Below, one piece after another: positions 53,686 through 64,000 of a stretch of 64,000 nucleotides of DNA. Made by a program: the position numbers and the translations under genes. A model generated the notes under the pieces. That model was given only the letters and a program-made list of their open reading frames with translations, did no database searches and was not told where the DNA came from. Every line of letters begins with the position of its first letter. The first letter of the stretch is position 1. Origin of the DNA: Geosiphon pyriformis uo1 (taxonomy: Eukaryota; Fungi; Glomeromycota); assembly GCA_016748015.1 (NCBI GenBank), contig JAAOMT010000302.1, forward strand, positions 248,001-312,000, given 5' to 3'.

Positions 53686-56600
53686 TTAATTTTGTCTTAT
53701 TCTTGAAAGACTGTCAACATTGGTGTGTAGTTTTCCTGGTTTGTAATATACAATATATTTGTAGTCTGCTAAGAAGTTATTCTATTAAGACTGTTTGGTA
53801 CTTTGTTGAGCCATTTAAGACCAATATTATCAGTTATGATGTTAAATTTTTTTCCATTCTTCAGATATTGTTGAAAGTATTTAAAAGCCCAAATGACTGC
53901 AGCAGCTTCTAATTCAGTTAAGTCATATTTAAGTTCTGTTGATTTAAGTGTTCTATTGACATAAGCAATGACCTGTTCCTAACCATTTTTATTTAATTGT
54001 AATAAAATAACACCAAATGCTATATGTGAAGCATTAGTAACTAGTTGGAACTATTTGTTGAAGTTTGAATAAACAAGAACTGGGGCTGTTGTTAATTTTG
54101 TTTTGAGGGTTTTAAAGACTTTCTGTTGTTTCTTAGTTCATTAATATAGCACATTTTTGTTGGTAAGATAATTAAATGGTTTGGCAATTTCTAAGAATTT
54201 TTTTATGAATTTTCTATAATATGAGACTAATCTTATAAATCCTCATAGTTTTGTGGTATTTTTGGAAGTTTGAAAGTTTTTGACAGCACTAATTGTTCTT
54301 GGATTTGGTTTGACTTCATCTTTGCTAACAATGTATTCAAAAAAAATTAAACTTGTTTTTTCAAAATAACATTTCTCAATGTTCAACTTCAATCTTGTTT
54401 TCTGTAATTGTTGAAAAACTTCTTACAGATAGATAAAATGAGCTTTAAAGCTTGGTAAGTACACATCAGTATTATTCAGATAGACAATTACTAATTGTCA
54501 TAAAAGTCCTTTATATACAATATCTATGAATTGCTAAAATATTGCTAATGTATTGCAAAGTCCAAATGACATAATATTGAACTCATAGTTTTTTTTTTGG
54601 ATGGTAAATATTATTTTGAGCCGATTTTTTGGGTCTATTTTGACTTGTCAGTATTCACTTTCCAAGTCTAAAGTTGAAAAAAACTTGGCTTTTTCCAAAG
54701 CATCTAGCATGTCATCAATTTTTAGAAAAAGGTAGACATCTCTAATTGTAATATTATTCAATTGTTGATAATCAACACAAAATCTGATTTTTCCATTTTT
54801 TTTTTGACAAGAACTATTGGTGAGGCCCATAGACTTTTTGATGATTGAATCAATTCATTATTGAGCATTTTTTGAACCTCTTTTTTGATAAATTGGTAGC
54901 TAATAAGTGGAACTCAATAGACTTGTTGTTGTTTTAATGGAGCATCTCCTGTGTAGATTTAATGTTAAACAATATCAGTTTTTTCCAGATTATTGTTGTC
55001 TTTTGCAAATATATCAGCAAATTCAGCTATTAGCTATTTCAATTGTCTTTGTTGTTGGAGTTTTAAGAGATCTATGTTGATTCAAAAGAGTTTTTCTTTC
55101 AACAAATAGTAGTTTTTAGTAGTAGAGATGATATTTGGGTTGAGAAATAAGATATGTTTTACTATTTTAATGAAATTAGAGACAGTTTGAGAGTTTTCAT
55201 TTTGAAAAATGTTGCTATATATAATTCTAATTTCTAATTTATTTAATAAAATGATAGGGTAATTGTTGGAATTGTAGAATATAACTCAAAATTTCTTCAT
55301 TCCTTTAAGAATATAAACATTTAGGATTGAAATTTTATGCTTTAAACAAATTTATTTATTGGATTCAAAGATTTGTTGAACAGTAATGGGTTTAAAGCAA
55401 GTGTAGATTTCGTAATGTTCTCTAAAAAGTGAAATAATAATAGGTTGAGAAAGTTGAAAAATCTGGTAAGATTCATTCTGTGTATTAAGAGCTATGTTTA
55501 CTAAAACTGTGAATCGTTTAGTTGAACCAAAACCTTGTATTCTTTTTTTACTTTTGCCTAATTGTTTTCTATTACTAACTAATTGTAACTCTAAAATGTT
55601 GATTAAAGATAGGTAAATTGTTTGAGCAATTTTTTTGGCATATTCTATTCTGAATGGTTTTTTAGTTTTATTTTGTAGTATAATGGTGATGTCTCCAGTA
55701 TATCCTGTATTTATAACTTCTCTTCTAACATTAATTTCTTTGCTTGCCAATGATGATTTGAAAGCAATTTGAATTATTGCTCTTAGTAGAATTTTGAAAG
55801 TGATTTTGAAATTGATTTTTGTTAAAGATTTTGGTTGGAAGACCAAAGTATCTTTTTTTGGATATTGTAAATCATATTTAGCATTTATATTGTGGACTTT
55901 TTCTGGCTTAATTTTTTGACCATTGTTGTTGAAGTATTTAAGTTGTAAGACTGATTGATTTTCAGTAAGATAGATTGGAATTGTTGCAATTTCTTCTTCT
56001 GGTTTAGGTTCTCCAAACTTAATTTCCTCCTGGTCATTTTTGCTGAGTAAGGAAATGCTAAGGGCATAGCATTTTGGACACTATTTATCATCACAAAACA
56101 TGATGTATTTTTCACATAATTGAATGTTTATTTGCTTTAATTATTGAATTTGAGCTTCTTGAATTGGGTAAGTGTGGCTTGCAATTTGGTGGTATGTTTC
56201 TACTTCATCTTTATAGTTGAATTTAGCTAATTTTATTGTGTATTCAATATACTTAGCTTTTTTTATTTGGTAGACATTTTCTTATGTGGCTCTATTGATT
56301 AAAATTATTGCTAAATCAAAGATTATTTCAGCATTATAAGAGTAGTGGTAGAGTTTGTTGAAAGCACTATTGTAGACTGCATCAAAAAGTGTTCCTCTTC
56401 TGACTTTTTTTGGGATTAATAAAACATATTGGCAGGTTTGATCACATACTTTTCCTTTTATTGCAACATCAATCCAGTTGTATTCTTCAGATAGCATGTT
56501 TTCACATATAAAGCAAGAAGTGTTGTCCCATTTTTCACTTTGTTTGGGATATCTAAATCGTTCTCTATGGCATGCTTTACAAAAGTAGCAGGTGTGAGTT

Positions 56601-59275
56601 TTATATTCCTCTTTTGAAAAAATATATGCTTTCATTAATAAAAGTTTTTTCTTGCAATCTTTACATTTAAGTGGAATGTAAGATGGTTGTTTCTGTGGTT
56701 CTGGTGTAAAGTATTAAAAAACATTCTATTCTTTGGTTTTTTCAAAAATTTTTTGTTCTGTCTCTTCAGCCCAATTGGATGTTAATCCAAGAGCCATGTA
56801 TGTTTCAGTAATTGGTATTTCTTTCTCCTTTTCAAATTTGAATACTGAGATTTTTTTAGATTATTTATTAAAAGTATTATAGATAGCAAGTACTCTGGTA
56901 TATTGTTCTTGGTATGAAATTTTTAGTTCTTAAGTTTCTCAATTTAGATTTGTATTGGCTTTAAGAAGCCAATTGTTTCCAATAAGAGCTTGGTATTAGG
57001 GTACATCCATGACTAAAACTTTGACTGGAATGATAATTCTATTGACAGTAAATGGGAAGTTGTTAATTTCTTCTACTAAAGTTTTTTTTATGCTATTAGC
57101 TATAACAATTACAGTTTGAACTGGTCTGTCAATGTTTTTTCCAAGTTGTTGCATCAGTTAATAAGTGATAATGCTTTTAACAGATCCACTATCTAGAATT
57201 AAGTGGATTTATTTTTCTTTTACTTCAGCTTCAGTATATATAGTAGTAATTGCTTTTTGCTTATTGACTGTTGTATTGCTAAACAAAAATAATAATTCAT
57301 TGGCTTTAAATTCAAATAAAAATATATCTGAAAAATTGGCATTTTAAACAATTTAGGCTAGTAGAATAGTATTGTTGGAAGAGTTTGATCTTGGTACTGC
57401 AGCTTTACTTTCAGAAAGTGTAGTTTGTTAAAAATTCGATTCTTTTGGCATTTTAAGATAATTTAGTTGAGTGTAATAATAACTGAGTTTTTGCTGAACA
57501 GAATTTCAGAAAACCAATTGGTTGTTGGGGTTCAATTTGTTGTTGTTTGTTGAAAAATTGTTCTGGAAGGTAAATTGGTTTTGTTGAACTAATTTTTGGG
57601 CAGGTATTTGGTATTGTTGTGTAGATAGTGGCTGATATTGTTGGATTTGTAGAGATTGCTGTTGTATTGGTTGTGAGACTGATTGGTAATAGTTGTTCTG
57701 ATACTGTGGTCTGGATAAGTGATATGCTGGTGGTAGAGGTTGGTAGTAGGATTGTTAATATTAGAAATAATGTTGATTATTCCTGTTTTGTTGATCTCTT
57801 TGCATTTTTTACAATCTCGTTTCTAATGTTCTGGAATTCTATAATAATGACAGCTTTGTGGTTGATTGTTGGATGATAAAGGGTAGTTGTTTTGATTATG
57901 CCATTGGGGTGGCTAATATCTTTGTGGTTGTTGCTGTTGTTGTTAGTTGGTGAAATAGTTTTTAATCTTCTTTGTAAGTTAGTTAATTTTTTCTTCAGCT
58001 ACTGAGCTGGTTTCTCCAATAGCAAAATTCACAAATTTAGTATGATATGCTTCTTCTATTACTATTTCATAATTCTTTACATATCTAATAGCTGCTATTA
58101 AGTTTGTTGGGACATGTAGACAAATTTTCTTGATCAATTTGTCTTTTAATTCTGCTATAAACTGATCTAAAATCTGGGCATTGAAATAATATTAATTGGT
58201 TTTCAATTGTCAAATTCGTCTAAGAAGTTTATTAAATCTTTTAAAATAGATCATAACAGTTTTGGATGTTTCTTGCTTAATATTGCAAAAGCAATTTTAG
58301 AAAGTGATAGAGATGTTGTTGTTAGTAAATTGTTGTAAAAAAGCATCTTTAAATGCTTGTCAGTTTTTAAATAGTTCTTCTAAGTTTTCAAACTATTCTA
58401 TTGCTGTTCTTTAAAGAAAATAGAGAATAGCTTTAAGCATTTTGCAGCATTCCATTCATTTGCATTTCCTGTTTTCTGAACTTTGTCAAGCCATTTTTAA
58501 GAGCTGGTATTATTATTTTCACCAATAAATTCTGAAATCTTTGCAATATAAACAGTTGTTATTTCTTTTTTTTTTCTATAGTTTTTTCTTGTTCTGATTT
58601 AGTTTCTTCACTTTCTAAGTTCTCTAAATGATTACTTTCATTTTCCTGTAAGTAATCAAGAAAATTGGTGCTGGTTGATATTGGTTCTGGTTGTTGAGTA
58701 GAGCTTTTTGGTAAAGTAAAATCTTCTGGTCTTGAGAATCAGATAAAAAGTGAATTTGGTGTCTGTAATTAAGCAAATAAAATTGAAAATAGTGTAATAA
58801 AAAGTAATAATTTAATGTTGGTTCCTTGTTTAGGTGTTTGTAAATGTTTGGCAGTTGTTTTTGGTGTTTTTGGAGTGTTTAGGGCGGTTCTTAAGTGTTG
58901 TTTCAATTTTTGTTTGCCTTTGTTGCTTGTTTCTGTTTCTGATTCAAAGTTAAGAAAATATTTAAACTGTATTAGATATTTTTTTTCACAATACTAAATA
59001 ATACTAAAGTTAAGTTTTTGGAAGTAAGTATTAAGTGTTTTACTGTTAAGGTCTTTTGTTCCTAATTGTAAATAGTGCAATAAATTATTCTAAAGATTGC
59101 TTCTAACTTCTGAAATGTTGTAATTTCCAAAAAGATAATTGTTGATGTGGTTTTTAATGTATTGGTATAGTGTTTTCTTGAAAATTTCAATTCTGTCTTG
59201 GATGTTGAATCTTTGCTTGCAGTAAGTATAAATTGACTAATAATACTTTAGAGTTGTATTTGGTGTGGTCGCCAT
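53686..59275 (-). pseudogene. Element E gag-pol with Cys-rich domain and dUTPase
   Basis: LILDSGS, CYFCKACH, RIQGFGST, YLNN, ends CLSRIRQN*. Confidence 0.9.
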
Positions 59276-60590
59276 TTTGAAGTTGTTATTGCTGTGTTAT
59301 TTCTATGGGAAAGCACCAAATGTTACCAAAGGTTTTTGGTCTCTTTTTTTTAAATGTTGTTAATGTTTGTCTGTTGCTAATTTCACGTTTTCTGAAAGCA
59401 GTTGAACCTTTAATAACTGAATTTATCTTCAAATTATCTTTTATAATTTGAACTGCTGGGCTTATAAGTAGAATAGCCAATTTCTTGCCAGTTATTTTAT
59501 GTAGTTACATTGTAATAAACATCAACTCTTTTTCAGAAATTGCTTATCTGGAAGCTTACTAAAAATATGTAGTTACTTTGCTGTAAAAGTCAACTCTTTT
59601 ACAGGAATCTTGTTTATAAACTACTTTAATGATTATGATAAGAAAAGTAAAAAAAAATAAAAGAAATATAAAAGAAATAGAATTGTGTTAAGAGAAACGT
59701 TTTCTATTCAGGTCTGGAGTTATTAACAGATTACTGAAATTGGTAGCTAATCAATTTCAAAATGTTAGTTGTGTTGAAAGAATTTTAAGTGCAATAATTA
59801 AAGAATTTGATTTTTGAATATTTAATTTTTATTTGAGATATGTAAAAGATGATTTGTTCTAATTAAGAGATCTAAAGTAAGATACTATAATAAGATACTA
59901 TAAGAAGATATATTTTTTTGAATAAAAAAGCTTTTTTTTTATATAACTTGTTGTAATATTAGTCTTTAAACATGTACTTTTTTCTTTGCTCTAATTTTGG
60001 TAAACTAAAGATACATTTCAGTAAACTACAAGTTATTTCTACAAACTATTGATTATTTCGGTCAATTTTCATCAATTTGGCGAATTTTGACTATATTAAA
60101 TGGTTTAAGATATTGTGTAATTTGATCATCTTAATTTTTATAATACAAATTAAATTATTAATTAAATAATAATATTTAATAATTTGGTTAAATAATAAGT
60201 AATAATTAAAATAATAATAATATATGCTAATTAATAATAAGAATTATGAGGATAATTTCATGTTAATTAATAGCTAAAATTCTACTGGTAATACTGGCCA
60301 CCATGCTAAAGAAAAAAATTTGACAAAATTGCAATTTTGAAAGACTACTAACACAACTAGTGAATCTTTGTTTATTATACAAAGAACTTAACCAAAATCT
60401 TTAGATTATAAAAACTTTTAAATATTACCAATTATATCACTTATTAAGCACCAATTATATCACTTATTAAGTACCAAGTTACAGGTTTTTTATTTGTTTT
60501 CAGATTCCAAATAATTATTTGTAATATTTGATACTCTCTGTAAAGTATAATCTAGCAAAAAACCAGTACCAACAACAATCATTCAAAACA

Positions 60591-63555
60591 GTAGCAGAAT
60601 TAGAAGAAATAGGAACAAACCACTTGAAATTTGCAAAATTCTTATTCCAATCTTACAAAAATCATCTTGAATTGACAAATAACAATTAGCCAATAGAATC
60701 AACTTTTAATTATTATGTTAACAAAAAAATTGCATACTACTTTTAAAGAGATCCAGAATCTACTTTCAAAATTTCTTTAATAAATTATTTTATATATACT
60801 ATATTTCTATAAAACTATCTATTCACACCTCTAATTATAAAAATAAACAAAGAGATTGAAAAATACACTAAACAAAAATTTTTTATTACTTTTGTTAACA
60901 AAGAAAAAAAAAGATTGTAAACATTAACAGAAATTCCAAAGCAGATACAACCACTTACTTAGAAGAAACCAAGAGTTGAATTACTTATATACTTATCATA
61001 CTATCACACATCTAAAAGTACTATCAACATAACATTAATAGATGCATTTACATTAAATATAAAAACACTATTAGCCAGAATTTTATTTCAAAGTAAACAG
61101 AAAAAAGCTAAACTATTAAAAATCTACAGTAATTATTGTAAGAGATTTAATTTGTAATCAACAATGCCATCAGAATTTTAATTACTACTATTACCATCAG
61201 ATTTCAGAATTACCAGTCTACAGGAAATAACAGACTCTGAGGAAAAAGAAGATAACAATCAAAAAAATAATTCTTCAAATTCAATTCCAGAAAACCTAGA
61301 AATTTAAACTCCAATTGTTCAAATCCAACAAAAACCAAATAATCTAAATCCTGCTTTTATTGTTCTTTAAAATCTATCTTTAGTAATCATGATAAATCTA
61401 CCAGTTGCCCCAATTGCTAAACAATAACAATAACCATAACTACCACTTCAACATTAATTCTAACAGCAACCACAACCACAACAACAATACTTGCTACTAG
61501 TACTAATAGTTTATACTTCAATTACAAAACTCAAAAAATTTATTGGCAAAGAAAATAACACCCAAGTATGACTCAACAATATAGAAAAAGCTATTGCAGC
61601 CAATAGATAGGATAACATCCAAGCATTACAAACAATCTTATACTTCCTCCAAGATATTACTGACTCATAGTATCAAAGCTTGGCCCAGAAACTCCAAAAT
61701 TTCAATGCATTTAAAATTGAATTTTTGAAATATTTTAGTAATAATAATAGCATTAATCACTTAGTAAATACTTTTACAACTATTAAACAAGAAAATATTG
61801 AAACAGTTACCACTTATTTAGAATACTTCCATAAAAACCTGTGCCAAATACAAGCAATTGACATGAATTACTTTACAATATTACAGATTTTGAATCAGTT
61901 TATTCATGGGCTATACAGTAGCATTCTCCAGCACATATGTCTAATACACCCACAAACTCTTCAAAATACAGTTACTTATGTTCAAAATTTTGAATCAGCT
62001 AAGCTGGAAGCTAACCATGCCCAAGCCATTAATCTAGTAATAAATAGATCATCTAAATTAAATTCCAAGTTGAAACAATTCAGTAATTTTATTAATCAGA
62101 AATTAGAAAAATATTTAACTAACAATTAGGCAATTTATTAATTATTATAATATTGCAATAATTTAGAGAATCCAACTAGTCTCCAAAATTAACTACATCT
62201 ATCATCAACATTTATCAATCAACAGTAGTAACAAAAGATACATGGATGTTACTATTGTGATAAACAAGAACATTTGCAATTTAAATATTGCAAATAGTTA
62301 AGTAATCAACAATCAGAAAATTAATATCAAAACTCTGATCACCAATTTCAAATCCAGAACTATGTTAGTAATCAATTATCCAAACAATACTAACATCAAC
62401 CACATTATGCTCAAATAACACAGCCAATTTATCAACCACCTATTTATTAGCCATTAACACTAGTAATTTACCAATCATCCCAGTTTTAAATTATTTATTA
62501 GCTTCAACCAAATCAGAATCAATTACAGAACTTATCTCAAAATGGAAACCAAAGACCAAAAACTACTCAGATCCATCAAAATTGGCAATTGGTAATGATA
62601 ATGCACCAACTAATTCCCAGTTTAGCAGCCCAACAAACTGAATCTCAACAGCAAAATTTGGAAACTAGTTATGCTCAAAACCCAAATGTTTAACACTATT
62701 TAAGTTTTTTGGTATTCCTAAAAATCACAACACTCAATTTATTAGAACTCAATCAAACTTAACTACTCCTCAACAATATTTCACCAGCAACAATTATTGA
62801 AGATGAATCACTTATCACTATTTTTTCTTTTAAACTTGAGAAAACAGTTAAAACACTCTTATTTAGTGGAGTCACTCTTAAATCAAAACTTATTACTGTA
62901 GTATATACTAATGCCAAAGTTGATGATCAGCCCATTAAATTAATCCTAAACAGTGGATTAGCCAGCAGGATTATCACATAACAACTTATGAATTAATTAG
63001 GTTGCCAAGTTGATTGTGCTGCCAGTGCCAAGATTATTACAGCCAATGGAGTGGCCAAAACTTTTATTGGTAAAATTAATAACTTTTCTTTTGAAATTAA
63101 TAACATTATTACTCTTATTAAAATATTAATCATAGAAACTACTCAATACCAAGCTCTTGTTGGTAATGACTGGCTGTTTAAAACCAATACAGTGCTCAAC
63201 TAAAATACCCAGGAATTACAACTGAGCCAAAACAGCCAAAACATTCAAGTACTAGTTATTTGTAGTTATTTTAAGACCACTACTAACAAACAACTACTAA
63301 TTAAGTTAAAAGAAAAAGAGAAAAAACCTACTTGAAAAGCCTATTAAGTTTTATGGACTGAAAAATAACACAACAAATTATTATCTATATTTAGCTGAAA
63401 AAAAAAGAAAAAAGAAAAAAAAAGAGAAAAAAAACTCACTCCAGCTATTATTTTTATATATATTCTATATACTACTCTTTATACCAATTCACAATATTGT
63501 TGGCCAAAGCTAGTTTGTATTGATTGTGACAAAAAATTGTTATTAATGAGTATAT
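60591..63555 (+). pseudogene. Element C gag-protease relic
   Basis: Collinear with B gag (FSNNNSINHLVNTF, ELEANHAQA-like, LILNSG); cut by F just after KLVCIDCDKKL. Confidence 0.85.
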
Positions 63556-64000
63556 TGTTACTTATAGAATATAGAAAGTATATTAATATATAAATTAGCC
63601 AATTAGAAGTAGTTATAGTAAATGTGAAATTCCAAGATTTCTTTTAAAAGAATTGCAAAAGTCTAGAAATTTCAGAATTTTTATACAAGGAATCACAAGA
63701 TTCTAGAATTCCAGAATTTCTCTCAAAAGAATTACAGGATTCCAGGATTTCCAAAATTCCTGGTGTGAAGAATTGAAGAATTGAGAAATCTCAATTATGT
63801 ATATATAGTAGTAGTATTAAAAGTAAAAAAAACAGACCTCTTAGTTTAGATTTTATTTAAGCAATTTTCCAAATCACAAATATTAATAAATAACAATTTG
63901 CTATCTTAATTCACTTTTTACTATTAACACTTCATGTTAATAATAACTTATACTTGACCACACTAAAATAATAGCTTTTAATCATGGCTATTGATGGGAT
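63556..64000 (+). repeat. LTR of element F (B/C-type), inserted in C's pol; truncated by the window end
   Basis: Starts TGTTACTTATAGAA; similar to 29957-30455; preceded by ATAT. Confidence 0.85.

Larger units (their letters stand above)
50424..60293 (-). mobile_element. Ty3/Gypsy element E (same family as D), inserted in C's 5' LTR
   Basis: LTRs 50424-51395 and 59321-60293, perfect CTGG TSD (50420-50423 / 60294-60297), PBS TGGTGCTTTCCC, PPT at ~51399-51408. Confidence 0.95.
29957..63555 (+). mobile_element. Ty3/Gypsy element C (oldest; 5' LTR split into 29957-30455, 50236-50423, 60298-60526; internal region 60527-63555; remainder presumably beyond the window)
   Basis: The three LTR pieces join into a sequence collinear with the LTRs of B and F. 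It is preceded by GCAT, followed by a decayed PBS (TTTGATACTCTCTG) and by gag/PR relics homologous to B. Confidence 0.82.

Overview
Very AT-rich eukaryotic DNA, most likely from an early-diverging fungus (Glomeromycotina/Mucoromycota-like; inferred from composition, short introns and a U12-type intron). 1-11.4 kb is microsatellite-rich non-coding sequence. 11502-14364 (-) is an 8-exon ASCC2-like (CUE-domain) host gene whose first intron is a minor-spliceosome AT-AC intron. 15482-16821 is a non-autonomous Tc1/mariner-type TIR element. From 17760 to the end lies a cluster of six related, decayed Ty3/Gypsy LTR-retrotransposon insertions. A is free-standing. C sits in a degenerate ORF; B and E are inserted in C's 5' LTR; D is inserted in B; F is inserted in C's pol. 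The four complete copies, from three divergent families, share an unusual tricistronic layout. ORF1 is a single-frame gag-PR-[Cys-rich domain]-dUTPase-RT-RNaseH that stops right after RNase H. ORF2 is a stand-alone integrase with its own ATG behind an A/C-rich spacer. ORF3 is an unknown soluble ~220-aa protein whose stop abuts the polypurine tract. Gag appears to start at a conserved GTG, TSDs are 4 bp with an RYRY bias, and decay is dominated by C>T/G>A transitions.
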